Below are positions 53,335 through 63,573 of a DNA stretch of 64,000 bases, piece by piece. The first letter of the stretch is position 1. Each line of letters opens with the position of its first letter. The notes beneath the pieces are model-generated. The model saw nothing but the letters and a program-made list of their open reading frames with translations, did not search any database and was not told the DNA's origin. The stretch is taken from sequence record OU509535.1. One strand, given 5' to 3'. Position numbers and translations under genes: made by a program.

Positions 53335-53616
53335 ATGACTAAAGATGAATATAAATCTGTTTCTATTATTAGAAAAATGTGTGATTCTTTTTACAGAAAT
53401 ACAGAATACGGTACTGCTATGCGTTCAGTACTGAATACTTTATCAAAAGATTTTACTCATAAGTATCATGGACGAAAGATAAAAATTAATACTATTAATG
53501 CAGAATATTACACAAAAATTAAAAAGTACAAGATTACATTGGGTGAATGTGATTTTCGTACTAACACCGGAATCAATGGTTCATTTTTTGGTGATTATGT
53601 GACGCTATGTGATTAA
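53335..53616 (+). CDS. paralog family B
   Basis: MTKDEYKSV..LSKDFTHKY. Confidence 0.8.
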   Translation: MTKDEYKSVSIIRKMCDSFYRNTEYGTAMRSVLNTLSKDFTHKYHGRKIKINTINAEYYTKIKKYKITLGECDFRTNTGINGSFFGDYVTLCD

Positions 53617-53688
53617 AAAATGTTTTTTTACTTACCATGTTAGTACATAGATAAAAACAACCATGATATTTAATATAAAGGAAACGTT

Positions 53689-53937
53689 ATGAAACAATTT
53701 TTTAAAACCATCTGGAATTCACTGTTTAGTAAAAATGCAAGTACTGTTGATAGTACTGTTACTGTTACTACAAATACACAAAGTACATACATTCCAGTAT
53801 ATAGCGATGAAAATCCATTCTATACAGAAGAAGAGAAGAAACAATGGATTGAGGATGAGATTCGTTTACGCAAAGAAGAAGCAGAGCGTATGAAACTTGA
53901 AAAAAGTAATAAGAAATGCAACCAATGCAACAAATAA
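53689..53937 (+). CDS. hypothetical protein
   Basis: ORF track; AAGGA RBS. Confidence 0.75.
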   Translation: MKQFFKTIWNSLFSKNASTVDSTVTVTTNTQSTYIPVYSDENPFYTEEEKKQWIEDEIRLRKEEAERMKLEKSNKKCNQCNK

Positions 53938-54098
53938 ATTCTGACTATTATTACAGTACTGTACAGTACAATATGTATTTAAGTTCTTTTATGAATTTAA
54001 AAACGAGTTCAATAGACAAAGACGTATATGAAAGTATATTGGGTTGTTTGAATCATAGTATTCATAAATTATATAAATTAAAAGGTACGTTGGGATGA
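53916..54098 (+). CDS. small family F (LYKLKGTL)
   Basis: C-terminus like 54095 and 55024. Confidence 0.6.
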   Translation: MQPMQQINSDYYYSTVQYNMYLSSFMNLKTSSIDKDVYESILGCLNHSIHKLYKLKGTLG

Positions 54099-54277
54099 TT
54101 GATAATTACCAGCAAATAAAAATACTATCTGAGTATTATAAAATTGATACTAATTATATAGTACGGATGCCTGTAGAGTTGGATGAATCTTTACATAAGT
54201 GGAGATATTTTTCAGTACTACAGAATTTGAATTTTGTCATTAATAGTTTATATGAATTACAAGGTAAATTACCATGA
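54095..54277 (+). CDS. small family F
   Basis: LYELQGKLP. Confidence 0.65.
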   Translation: MIDNYQQIKILSEYYKIDTNYIVRMPVELDESLHKWRYFSVLQNLNFVINSLYELQGKLP

Positions 54278-54621
54278 AATATAAACGATGTGATGATGGA
54301 TATCTGGCTGCCAGGTATTACAGTAAATTTGTATCTACAACTAACAAAGATGATTTGTTATTGCTTATGTTAGTGGGTACAATTAAACAAGAAATGGCGG
54401 CGGAAAGATATATCAACACATTAATACATAAAATGGTACTGAAACACAGGCTGGTTAAAATTAGAACTATTGGTGGTTATGAACCTTATAAATTTGGTGT
54501 ATTTTATCTTGACAATACTAAATTAGCTGCTGCTGATTCTATTATAATTTGTGAGTCCATTGAAAAAGCGGTTCAGTACTGTAAAAATAATAATTATAAA
54601 TTGATTGGTACAGAGGTATGA
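54274..54621 (+). CDS. family C fusion protein (like 50587)
   Basis: MLVGTIKQE..YINTLIHK; CESIEKAVQYCKNNNY. Confidence 0.75.
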   Translation: MKYKRCDDGYLAARYYSKFVSTTNKDDLLLLMLVGTIKQEMAAERYINTLIHKMVLKHRLVKIRTIGGYEPYKFGVFYLDNTKLAAADSIIICESIEKAVQYCKNNNYKLIGTEV

Positions 54622-54624
54622 ATT

Positions 54625-54876
54625 ATGATGAGTTTAAAATTTTATGACCATTTACCAAAAAGTATTAAATTCAGTAATATACAATATTATACATTAGAAG
54701 ATTGGGAAATGCATTTTCGAAAGATACTCGGTTTTTCTTTGGGATTTGAAGAAACTGAGTACCATGAAATATATTATAATTATTATATTGAAATATTAAA
54801 ATGTATGATACATAAAGATTATGAAATTTTAATTTCCAGATATATAGTGACGAGTAAAAATGGATCAAGAAACTAA
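54625..54876 (+). CDS. hypothetical protein
   Basis: ORF track. Confidence 0.65.
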   Translation: MMSLKFYDHLPKSIKFSNIQYYTLEDWEMHFRKILGFSLGFEETEYHEIYYNYYIEILKCMIHKDYEILISRYIVTSKNGSRN

Positions 54877-55027
54877 GAAGAAGTTAACAGAACTTATTGA
54901 AGCATCTATTAAAGCCGAGGGTGCTTTCTTTGAGCACTACGATAAGTACGATAAAAAAGGACGAGTATTGTGGGAGAAGCGTAATAGTACCAGGAAGGAG
55001 TTGGATGAATTTGTTTCTAAATTGTGA
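54860..55027 (+). CDS. small charged protein (55 aa, not in track)
   Basis: hand translation; stop overlaps next start. Confidence 0.55.
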   Translation: MDQETKKKLTELIEASIKAEGAFFEHYDKYDKKGRVLWEKRNSTRKELDEFVSKL

Positions 55028-55227
55028 GGAAATTAGTGAATAGTCCAAATGGTCGTGCATCAAGAACCCAAGTGCATATGTTTTATATTAATTTATCTTA
55101 TATTATCAAAGCAGGAAAAAACACTAAATTCAAATTGTACATAAATGTAATGGAAAGAGATTTAGATCAATTTAGCAAGTATATGATAGAAATATATAAA
55201 ATTCAGGGTAAGTTACCACCATTTTAA
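55024..55227 (+). CDS. small family F
   Basis: IYKIQGKLPPF. Confidence 0.6.
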   Translation: MRKLVNSPNGRASRTQVHMFYINLSYIIKAGKNTKFKLYINVMERDLDQFSKYMIEIYKIQGKLPPF

Positions 55228-55339
55228 TACATTCTGTGTACTTTTCACTTCAGACTCACCGTGTGTATTTTTAAACACTTGACATGTAGTAAGATCTGTG
55301 TTATTGTTCTTATTGTAATAATCAAAATGGTACAATATA

Positions 55340-55624
55340 ATGACCAAAATTGAATACTATTCTGTACTGAATATTCAGGAAGCGTGCAAAGGTTTATACT
55401 TTACTCCTTATACTGAAGTTATGCGTTCTGTGTTACACTCATTACAGATGGAATTTAATGCAAAGTACAAAGGGACACCCATTTCCATAAAATGCTATAA
55501 TGAAGATTTTGGTGTTTTAATTAATAGTTATAGTATAACATTTATTGTTTGTTATTTTGAAACATCGGGTTCTATAGCAGTGACAAGAAAATATTTTGAT
55601 TCTGATACAAAGATTAGGAAATAA
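55340..55624 (+). CDS. paralog family B (near-duplicate of 53052)
   Basis: MTKIEYYSVLNIQE..LQMEFNAKYKGTP. Confidence 0.8.
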   Translation: MTKIEYYSVLNIQEACKGLYFTPYTEVMRSVLHSLQMEFNAKYKGTPISIKCYNEDFGVLINSYSITFIVCYFETSGSIAVTRKYFDSDTKIRK

Positions 55625-55685
55625 AAATAGTGTAATCTTTTATACATCCAATAATCTTTAAAAAATAACGGGTAATTACTTTATC

Positions 55686-55961
55686 ATGACTGAACAAGAA
55701 TACAAATGCACAACGCATGTAATCGGAGTATTAGGTAATATTGAATCAAAGTATCGCAGTACAATGCTTACTATCTTATCAATGCTACAAACTGATTTTA
55801 ATAAAAAGTACGCACAAAGAAAGGTACAACTAACTGTAGGTTCAGGTGTTAAAACCAAAACAATCAAAGGGTATTGTATTGGATTTAGATATGTGTATTT
55901 TACTATTACCAAAGGATATAAAAGAGATCATTTCAATGAATTCACTACTTTGTGTTCATAA
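55686..55961 (+). CDS. paralog family B
   Basis: LQTDFNKKYAQ. Confidence 0.8.
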   Translation: MTEQEYKCTTHVIGVLGNIESKYRSTMLTILSMLQTDFNKKYAQRKVQLTVGSGVKTKTIKGYCIGFRYVYFTITKGYKRDHFNEFTTLCS

Positions 55962-55970
55962 AGAGGGATT

Positions 55971-56237
55971 ATGAAAAGAGATAAACATTATAAACAAATT
56001 GAATTCATTTATAAACTCGCACGAAATAGTGATGCTTACACTTATATTTCTTATGAATCATATCTCAAAGAAGTTGTTGTTTTGTATCTTAAAAAGTATA
56101 AATCAAAAAAGGTTGATTCTGGTACTTACATCATAGACGATATTAAATTTTTATACGGCGAACTTCGTGTATACCAGAGAAGAGTAAGTGATGGTATGCT
56201 TTTGTGGGATTCTATCTGGAATACAAAAATAGATTAA
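55971..56237 (+). CDS. hypothetical protein, possible family B variant
   Basis: ORF track; similar to 60127. Confidence 0.7.
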   Translation: MKRDKHYKQIEFIYKLARNSDAYTYISYESYLKEVVVLYLKKYKSKKVDSGTYIIDDIKFLYGELRVYQRRVSDGMLLWDSIWNTKID

Positions 56238-56239
56238 TT

Positions 56240-56668
56240 ATGAAAACATTAGAAGAATTAATTAGAATAAGTAAAAATATAATTTATATTAACAATATAT
56301 TCAGTACAGGAAAAGGTCATCTTATTATTGATGATGTTGAGTACTTTTATTCACACTTTTCTCATGTATGGTACAAATCATTCTATGTTCGTGGTTTTGA
56401 TCCTGAGTGGGATTGTATTTCTTATTCGAGGGGTTTGAGTACAGTCACGACTATTACTTCTATACATGAACATAATCACACACTCGATTGTTCAGAATTT
56501 GATTTAAGTGAAGAGATGATTTTTCAGTACAGTACCATGTATTCCAGTCTTGAACTGGAAGCTATATTCGTTAAAGTGTACCTGGATAAATTCACTGATA
56601 TAGATGAATTTTGTATAAATCTCTCACAATACCCTTCGTATTGCGAAAAACTTGGATTAATACCATGA
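56240..56668 (+). CDS. paralog family A
   Basis: DLSEEMIFQYSTMYS. Confidence 0.8.
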   Translation: MKTLEELIRISKNIIYINNIFSTGKGHLIIDDVEYFYSHFSHVWYKSFYVRGFDPEWDCISYSRGLSTVTTITSIHEHNHTLDCSEFDLSEEMIFQYSTMYSSLELEAIFVKVYLDKFTDIDEFCINLSQYPSYCEKLGLIP

Positions 56669-57081
56669 GTTACAGAAGTTCATTATTTTTTGCACAAAAG
56701 GTATACTACACCGTTCAGTGCTTTTATAATTCTGAATTTGATAATACAGTACTAAAAAAGACAGGAAATGACAGTGTATTTGATTACTACGATTATCAGA
56801 ATTTATTTTTTGGTTATCCGGTCTTCAATACTACACAGATGGATTGTCATATTTCTCTTGATTTTTCTTTTATGACATTCAATTCAAATAACACAGACTA
56901 TATGTCACTCGATTCCGTGGTTAGATTAAATTCTGATAACATAGTGTTAATTCATAATAGCGAGGATTATGATTTCTTTAGTAATTCTTATACTGAAAAA
57001 GAATTGTTTGTTTGTACTGTATTTTCGTACCTAATTCTTAACAAATGTAAACCATTCTATCTGGATTTGAGTATAATTTAA
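56665..57081 (+). CDS. family G (pair with 57703)
   Basis: SLFFAQKVY..CKPFYLDLSII. Confidence 0.8.
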   Translation: MSYRSSLFFAQKVYYTVQCFYNSEFDNTVLKKTGNDSVFDYYDYQNLFFGYPVFNTTQMDCHISLDFSFMTFNSNNTDYMSLDSVVRLNSDNIVLIHNSEDYDFFSNSYTEKELFVCTVFSYLILNKCKPFYLDLSII

Positions 57082-57100
57082 AGAGGGGATTTTCATTATC

Positions 57101-57703
57101 ATGCTAGAGAATTTTTATTCAAATTTAATGAAAGCTTTCCCTACAAAAGAGGAAGTTGGATTAGGCCATGTATCAGATTTGGATTATGATATTTACGTTG
57201 CTATGGTAATTGTTGGTCAAGCAAAAAATGTTCATGAAGTACATGAACGATTTACAAAACTAGAGAATGAAAGAAATTATACAAATGAATTGAAATCTGA
57301 ACCTGAAATACAAGGTAGATTGTTTATTGTAAAAAATACAAGAACATTAGAATTAATTTTGATACCCACCAAGGAAACATTTAATGAGATATCAAAAACC
57401 GAAGAATATCTTTTGAATAATCATGGAATTTCTTATAAATCAAAAGACTGGATTATAGATACAGTACTGTACGTTTCTCGCAAAGATAGAGGATTAACAA
57501 GAGTACATGATTTATATTCTTCTGTTCTAAAAATTGCTACACCAAATGAATTTGGAATATTCAATTCAGAACAATATGATACAATCATGAACTGTATTAA
57601 TGATAAAATATCAAGATGTTATAATCGTTGTGTATATCCAAATGGATATCATAGTAATAAAATTTTTCACTACAATTACAATGAAATATGGAATAAAGTA
57701 TAA
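57101..57703 (+). CDS. hypothetical protein
   Basis: ORF track. Confidence 0.8.
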   Translation: MLENFYSNLMKAFPTKEEVGLGHVSDLDYDIYVAMVIVGQAKNVHEVHERFTKLENERNYTNELKSEPEIQGRLFIVKNTRTLELILIPTKETFNEISKTEEYLLNNHGISYKSKDWIIDTVLYVSRKDRGLTRVHDLYSSVLKIATPNEFGIFNSEQYDTIMNCINDKISRCYNRCVYPNGYHSNKIFHYNYNEIWNKV

Positions 57704-58098
57704 TGAACAACAACGAATCACTTTTTCTTGCTAAAAAGATATATAACACTGCACAACTTTTTTATAATTCAAGTTTCAACTGTACTGGATTTAAGAGAAG
57801 TTTTGTGGGGCTGGATTATGAATACAAATTTTCCAATTTAATTGTTTTCAGTACTGAAAATACATATGGCTGTTTCTTTTCTTTTAAAAAAAATATTATA
57901 ATTTTTGATAATGAATTCGCCGGTATAATTGAATGTGAATACAAAGATGGAACACGTAATTATCTTTCCCGTATAATGAATTTACATCAACAGTGTCAAC
58001 CTGTGCATACAAAGGATAATATGTCAGTACTGACAATTTTTTCGTACTTAGCACAGATGAAGTGTCAACCATTCTATATGGATTTACGCATAATTTAG
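57703..58098 (+). CDS. family G (pair with 56665)
   Basis: SLFLAKKIY..CQPFYMDLRII. Confidence 0.8.
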   Translation: MNNNESLFLAKKIYNTAQLFYNSSFNCTGFKRSFVGLDYEYKFSNLIVFSTENTYGCFFSFKKNIIIFDNEFAGIIECEYKDGTRNYLSRIMNLHQQCQPVHTKDNMSVLTIFSYLAQMKCQPFYMDLRII

Positions 58099-58111
58099 GG
58101 GGGTATATTTT

Positions 58112-58408
58112 GTGTTAAAAATTCACTGTCACAACGGTATATTTTTTTGTAACACTGCAATACATAACGGAAAGTTGATTTATCATAAAAGTGAGGATTC
58201 TTTTTATTATACCCATGTGAATTCTGAAAAAATGCACAAAATTATTGATTATTCAGGATTACAAGAGGATGAACTTTTCCAGATGCATTTAGTATATGAT
58301 AAAGTACTTAATTTGGATTTTTACACTTTAACATATATTCAAACCAAAATGCGAGAATTATCAAAAATTTATACTGCTGATTTTAAGATTATAACACCTG
58401 AAATATAA
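58112..58408 (+). CDS. paralog family A
   Basis: DYSGLQEDELFQMHLVYD. Confidence 0.75.
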   Translation: MLKIHCHNGIFFCNTAIHNGKLIYHKSEDSFYYTHVNSEKMHKIIDYSGLQEDELFQMHLVYDKVLNLDFYTLTYIQTKMRELSKIYTADFKIITPEI

Positions 58409-58409
58409 G

Positions 58410-58742
58410 ATGAATAAAAATATTAGAACCAATCGTAATATGTGGTGCACTGTATATAAACTGATTTATTCTACTTTTACCCTTATACGATTAGTTAACA
58501 AAAATAATATAAAAATTGATGTTTATTTCCATAACAACGGTAATAAAGAGTATTACTTAACAGAGGGTAACATATATGAAATTAATGATTTATCCTCTTT
58601 GAGTACTGAAGAATATTTTCAATTACTTACTGTATGGGACTATAAAACTGATATTGATTTTGTTATTTCTGCACATAAACGCATAGAGGAACTTAAAAAG
58701 GATGAGTTTTTCAATCGTGTCGATACAGTGATTGAATATTAA
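58410..58742 (+). CDS. paralog family A
   Basis: DLSSLSTEEYFQLLTVWD. Confidence 0.8.
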   Translation: MNKNIRTNRNMWCTVYKLIYSTFTLIRLVNKNNIKIDVYFHNNGNKEYYLTEGNIYEINDLSSLSTEEYFQLLTVWDYKTDIDFVISAHKRIEELKKDEFFNRVDTVIEY

Positions 58743-58909
58743 AAGAGTGTACTAAAAAATGATTTATGATGAAAATGTTAAGTATATAACACAATTCATA
58801 GTACTATCATACACCAGATATGGCAGTTCTGGTTCTAGGTATATTGATAGCATACTTAAACAACATATTAAGTTCAATGTTATCAATAACAAGAAAGGTT
58901 AATATAGAA

Positions 58910-59374
58910 ATGATTTTTGATACAAGGGAGGGTGCACTTTTTTATGCCAATCAAATATGCAATTTAGTATTGTATTACAAAAGTAATGAAAATTTATTAG
59001 ATGAATATAAATGTTTGTATTCTAAAGTAGATGATATAGAAAGAGTTTCTTTGGAAATCGAAAACGACGACCCATTCCCTGAATCAATTATTGATTTTCA
59101 AGAAAAATATATTAATTATATTCCAGGTGAAGAATGTGAAATAATTCTTTCCGATGTATTTGGTCATAGTATCAAAATCAATCCCAGTGACCAAAATGAA
59201 GAATTCAATACCAGTACAGAAGAAGGTTATTTCCAGAAGAGTACTATATACAATTCTGATGAATTGTTCTGCATTATTCTTTTTGAAAATATAGTACGTA
59301 AAATTCCCTTTCAATTCTATATTGATTTAGAAACAATTAATGACATAATAAAAGAGAAAAATTATGCGATATAA
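58910..59374 (+). CDS. paralog family A
   Basis: STEEGYFQKSTIYN; start moved to ATG after AAGG. Confidence 0.75.
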   Translation: MIFDTREGALFYANQICNLVLYYKSNENLLDEYKCLYSKVDDIERVSLEIENDDPFPESIIDFQEKYINYIPGEECEIILSDVFGHSIKINPSDQNEEFNTSTEEGYFQKSTIYNSDELFCIILFENIVRKIPFQFYIDLETINDIIKEKNYAI

Positions 59375-59702
59375 AATATATAAAACCAACCACCTGGTTG
59401 TAGCTGAGTACCTTTGTGATAATATGTTAGATATGTTCGAAAATGAACATGATTTTGTTTTAAATTTAAGTACTAAAAAATTTAAGTTGAACTATTATGG
59501 TTCACATGAATTATCTGAACAATATTCAGTTGAATTGCAAGATTGTACTCAGATGCAGGATGATGAATTGTTTCAGTACTCTTTGATTTTTGATTTTAAT
59601 TTATTAAGTTTAAAGAATATTGTATTACTTCAGAAAGAAATGCTTACCATACAAGATGATGATACTCATGATACTAAAGAAATTAATTTTATTGACTTTT
59701 GA
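59364..59702 (+). CDS. paralog family A
   Basis: DCTQMQDDELFQYSLIFD. Confidence 0.8.
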   Translation: MRYKIYKTNHLVVAEYLCDNMLDMFENEHDFVLNLSTKKFKLNYYGSHELSEQYSVELQDCTQMQDDELFQYSLIFDFNLLSLKNIVLLQKEMLTIQDDDTHDTKEINFIDF

Positions 59703-59762
59703 ATGTATATGTGATAGCATATGTTGTATGGGTGATACAAAACCATAAAAGGGGAATATATA

Positions 59763-60137
59763 GTGCAGACAAAACAAGAAATACAAATAAAATTAAAAAT
59801 TAATAATTATTTTAATAAAGTTGTTAGTGCTTCGTATAATGAAGAAGTTTTGTACGAAATAAATTATTCCATGAATTGTTCATCCTTTTCATTTCGTGAG
59901 TATAATGGTATAACTTTAATTAGATCTTATGTAATTCCAGTGATTGATTATACTGAAATGCAAGATGATGAATTGTTCCAGTACTCTTTAATATACGATC
60001 TGGAACATGTTATCCCCTTTGACTCTATGGTTGAATTACAGGGTATTATGAAATCATGTACACAATTAGACCAATTGCAGGGTGGTATTGAATACACATT
60101 TAGTACAATGAATAAGAAGAATTATTATGTACAATGA
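59763..60137 (+). CDS. paralog family A
   Basis: DYTEMQDDELFQYSLIYD. Confidence 0.8.
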   Translation: MQTKQEIQIKLKINNYFNKVVSASYNEEVLYEINYSMNCSSFSFREYNGITLIRSYVIPVIDYTEMQDDELFQYSLIYDLEHVIPFDSMVELQGIMKSCTQLDQLQGGIEYTFSTMNKKNYYVQ

Positions 60138-60366
60138 ATGTATTAAATCTCACATAGAAAAAATAACTCTAATGTCTCCTGAGTATTTTACTTTACGAAA
60201 TGCAAAAATTTATCGTAAAATACAAAAAGATGTTGTGAATTATTATCTTTCATTGTACTGCAATGGAACCAAATCGAATTATATGATAATAGATATAAGG
60301 TCGATAATTGATGGTACCTTTAGTATCCAGTACAGGGTTTATCAAAGGAAATATAATGATGACTAG
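60127..60366 (+). CDS. hypothetical protein, possible family B variant
   Basis: ORF track; similar to 55971. Confidence 0.65.
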   Translation: MYNECIKSHIEKITLMSPEYFTLRNAKIYRKIQKDVVNYYLSLYCNGTKSNYMIIDIRSIIDGTFSIQYRVYQRKYNDD

Positions 60367-60640
60367 AGATGAATATTTTGTATTGCAATGCATCAATTCA
60401 TTTTACTACGATAATACGATTAATTACAAATACAGGGATGTATTTTTTGACTATATTTGTGAAGCTCAGGAGTACTACAGCAAAAAAATAAAAGGTACAC
60501 CATGCACAATAAAAAACATAAATGAAGATGCTATACTGGAGAATATACACTGTATTGGGTTTAAACATATATTATTCACTGTATATATGTTTAATCTAAA
60601 GAATTCAACAATAACTCGATACGAGAATATAGAATTTTGA
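60356..60640 (+). CDS. paralog family B
   Basis: MTRDEYF..YSKKIKGTP. Confidence 0.75.
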   Translation: MMTRDEYFVLQCINSFYYDNTINYKYRDVFFDYICEAQEYYSKKIKGTPCTIKNINEDAILENIHCIGFKHILFTVYMFNLKNSTITRYENIEF

Positions 60641-60864
60641 AAACAACAAAAAATATATCAAAACAACAAAGTACTGACCTCATGTTTAAAGCTTATTTAC
60701 AAGTGGAATTGGAAAGTAGTACTTCTCCAGAGTTGTCGAGTTATCGTTTATCTGAATTGTTCATGTTGTATCATTTGGGTACTACGAGTCAGAATGAAAT
60801 GTCGGAGTTCTACATTTATGCACTTATTCATAAAATGAATTATACCCACAAGGTAAGTAAATGA
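60637..60864 (+). CDS. paralog family C
   Basis: YHLGTTSQNE..YIYALIHK. Confidence 0.7.
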   Translation: MKTTKNISKQQSTDLMFKAYLQVELESSTSPELSSYRLSELFMLYHLGTTSQNEMSEFYIYALIHKMNYTHKVSK

Positions 60865-61064
60865 AAACATTAACAATTCCTCAGTGGTCTAAATTATATG
60901 ATTATTATCATGAAAAATACAAAACCAATTGCAAATCCAGTAAAGACGTGATAAGATGTATTGAAGTGACATTGATTGCTTCACTTGGTACAGATAAACA
61001 AACATATTGTGTAGAGCAATATGTTGCAATTCTAATTGATTACACAAAGGAGTTTCAACATTAG
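60861..61064 (+). CDS. paralog family C
   Basis: IASLGTDKQ..QYVAILI. Confidence 0.7.
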   Translation: MKTLTIPQWSKLYDYYHEKYKTNCKSSKDVIRCIEVTLIASLGTDKQTYCVEQYVAILIDYTKEFQH

Positions 61065-61494
61065 TACAAATTTATCAAGTGCAGAATTAGATTTTTTGGT
61101 ACGTAAATGTGATCCTTATGTACAAAAATTACTAAAGAAATGTAAAACATATTCATACACAAATATTAAATTACAGTTCGAATTTACTACAATAAAAATT
61201 TATTCCTGTGTGTTAATTGATTCTGATATTATACCAAAAAGAAGTTCATGTGAAATTCCTTTGGAAATCTTTTATAAGAAACATTATAAATTATTAAAGA
61301 AGTTGAATTATATTCAGTACTACAGTAATGCACATTTATATACTGAATTACAATGTATGTATAATCAGTACCTTGAAAGTATGGGGGTATCTATTGACGA
61401 TTTTGATGGATATCCTTTAAGTACTGAACAGATTAATTTATACAAATTTGTTTTTAATTTTAATTGTTCATTTTTAAGGAATCAATTAATATGA
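61036..61494 (+). CDS. hypothetical protein
   Basis: ORF track; start uncertain. Confidence 0.65.
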   Translation: MITQRSFNISTNLSSAELDFLVRKCDPYVQKLLKKCKTYSYTNIKLQFEFTTIKIYSCVLIDSDIIPKRSSCEIPLEIFYKKHYKLLKKLNYIQYYSNAHLYTELQCMYNQYLESMGVSIDDFDGYPLSTEQINLYKFVFNFNCSFLRNQLI

Positions 61495-61835
61495 AAAACG
61501 AATTGCGTGGTTTATTGAGTACTCAATCGTTTCTTAAACGAATATCCACGGAAGAAATAGATTTTATCAGGAAAGAATTACTAAATCAATTATTTGATAG
61601 TGCCATTAAAAATTTCGCAAATGATCTTACTGTAATACATAAAGATAAAATTGTATCAATTAAAATTCTAGTGTGTAATACAAATACAAATACAAATACG
61701 TTTGAATACATTAAATCTGATTTTGTTATAAATGAATTCAGTTGTTCTTTATTCAATGCTACATGTCTTGTTGATAGTGTTGAGGGTTACAGCAGAATAA
61801 CACGAGTGCATTGTAAATTTATAGTGGATGAGTAA
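61491..61835 (+). CDS. hypothetical protein, possible family B variant
   Basis: start moved to ATG after AAGGA. Confidence 0.7.
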   Translation: MKNELRGLLSTQSFLKRISTEEIDFIRKELLNQLFDSAIKNFANDLTVIHKDKIVSIKILVCNTNTNTNTFEYIKSDFVINEFSCSLFNATCLVDSVEGYSRITRVHCKFIVDE

Positions 61836-62107
61836 TGCAAAAATATGAATTTGACTCAGTACATATCATCATAAGTACTTTATGGGATATGGATCCTTCT
61901 TATACAACAGTGTATTATAAAATATTCTCTTCAATACAAGATGATTTTAATAAAAAATACGCACAAAAAGAAGTACTCATAGAATCGAATAATAAAGTGA
62001 TAAAAGAAAAAATATCGTACTACATTATTTCCTTTGGTGTATTGAAATTTATTTGTACAAATTCATTTAGTATACAATACTTCGGCGACTGGTGTCAATT
62101 ATTATGA
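61835..62107 (+). CDS. paralog family B
   Basis: IQDDFNKKYAQ. Confidence 0.8.
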   Translation: MQKYEFDSVHIIISTLWDMDPSYTTVYYKIFSSIQDDFNKKYAQKEVLIESNNKVIKEKISYYIISFGVLKFICTNSFSIQYFGDWCQLL

Positions 62108-62403
62108 CTAAAGAAGAATATATGAAAGTTTTGTTCATTAAAGAAATTTTTGTCCAAATGGTATTGGGTACTGATTATTTGTACAAAAATGCATTCATTA
62201 ACATTCTTGAAGTACTACAAGATGATTTTGATTCAAAGTATAATGGAATGAAGATAAATTACAAAACATATAATCAGGATTATATTAAAATTATCAAAAA
62301 ATATACAATTAATTTAAGTTCTGTAAATTTTGAAACTGCACTTGGTATGAAGTTTAAACATTTTGATTATTATTTAATTCCAATTGGATTTAAAGATGAA
62401 TAA
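62104..62403 (+). CDS. paralog family B
   Basis: MTKEEY..LQDDFDSKY. Confidence 0.8.
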   Translation: MTKEEYMKVLFIKEIFVQMVLGTDYLYKNAFINILEVLQDDFDSKYNGMKINYKTYNQDYIKIIKKYTINLSSVNFETALGMKFKHFDYYLIPIGFKDE

Positions 62404-62701
62404 ATTCGAATACCAATCAATACAATTAATTAAAGAGTATTCAAATTCTTTACATAGTTCTTTTATTTTAAAAAATAATAATTATTCCACTAAAATTTGT
62501 GATATAATTAATAATTATTTTAAATGTATATCTAAAGAATTTTCTACAAAATATAAGAATAAAAATATAAAAACCGATGTAGATGTTTTTGTAATAGTGG
62601 GTTTCATTATACAACAAGATTTATGTGTTGTAAAATCACTAGCGAATAGTACTAATTATTTCTTTAATTGTAAATCCCTTATAGAAGGTGAACTTTTGTG
62701 A
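62396..62701 (+). CDS. paralog family B
   Basis: MNKFEY..ISKEFSTKY. Confidence 0.75.
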   Translation: MNKFEYQSIQLIKEYSNSLHSSFILKNNNYSTKICDIINNYFKCISKEFSTKYKNKNIKTDVDVFVIVGFIIQQDLCVVKSLANSTNYFFNCKSLIEGELL

Positions 62702-63030
62702 ATAAACCAAACATTTATCTGGAATTTGATAACAGCATAAAGCAAGTTAATATGTTGAGATCAATTTTGAGAGATTGTTATATAGAAGCATATTACTACA
62801 AGAACTGGAATACTAAAATGTATTCTAATACATTATATTACTCATTCAATGAATATTTAGATTACATTTCCGAAGAATTCAATGAAAAATATAATTCAAT
62901 TGTACTTACCTATAATTCAAAAAAGCATGTACTGAATAATATAGAAATGAGTTTGAAATTTATCACATTACATTTATCCAGTTCAGAATTACCAACGACA
63001 ATTATTATACATCCTTCATATCTGGAATAA
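62698..63030 (+). CDS. paralog family B
   Basis: ISEEFNEKY. Confidence 0.75.
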   Translation: MNKPNIYLEFDNSIKQVNMLRSILRDCYIEAYYYKNWNTKMYSNTLYYSFNEYLDYISEEFNEKYNSIVLTYNSKKHVLNNIEMSLKFITLHLSSSELPTTIIIHPSYLE

Positions 63031-63036
63031 AATATA

Positions 63037-63240
63037 ATGAATGATTTGGATTCCATGTTGTGGTATACTTTATCCGTTCTTTCATTTGAACGCGATAAAC
63101 ACAAAGTACAAGCATCAAAAAATCCAGATATATTACAGAAAAAGAAAGAATACGCATTAGTGTATTCTTTGGAAAAAACATTTATTTCTATGCATCTGGA
63201 ATACAGAGAATACATAACATCAAATGGTATTAAAAAATGA
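63037..63240 (+). CDS. hypothetical protein
   Basis: ORF track. Confidence 0.65.
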   Translation: MNDLDSMLWYTLSVLSFERDKHKVQASKNPDILQKKKEYALVYSLEKTFISMHLEYREYITSNGIKK

Positions 63241-63572
63241 AATATAAATCCATAGTACACAAAAGATTTAAGTCAATATATTACACGGAAATTAATGTTC
63301 ATAAAAAAGTAAAAGGTATTGATTTTTATATTGATAAAGTATATCTGGATTATGATGTAGTTACTAATACATTCGAATGCACAGATCTCTTTGATTCAAT
63401 ACCAGTACCTAACTTGGCTGAATTAAGTGAAGAAGAAGAATTTCAGTACTCACTAGTATATGAAGATATATGGGGATTTAAATGGGATTATTATCGAATG
63501 GTGTCTTATCAAAAAGCACTAATATCCTCTATAAAAAAACAAAATTACTTATTAATTAATCTGGAATATTAA
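63237..63572 (+). CDS. paralog family A
   Basis: NLAELSEEEEFQYSLVYE. Confidence 0.8.
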   Translation: MKYKSIVHKRFKSIYYTEINVHKKVKGIDFYIDKVYLDYDVVTNTFECTDLFDSIPVPNLAELSEEEEFQYSLVYEDIWGFKWDYYRMVSYQKALISSIKKQNYLLINLEY

Positions 63573-63573
63573 T

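Noticed and set aside
3390-63260. Minus-strand ORFs in the six-frame track (e.g. 22832-23287, 26564-27043, 35710-36201, 42352-42831)
   Set aside because: Nearly all lie antisense to well-supported + strand genes, lack RBS or promoters, and look like shadow frames.
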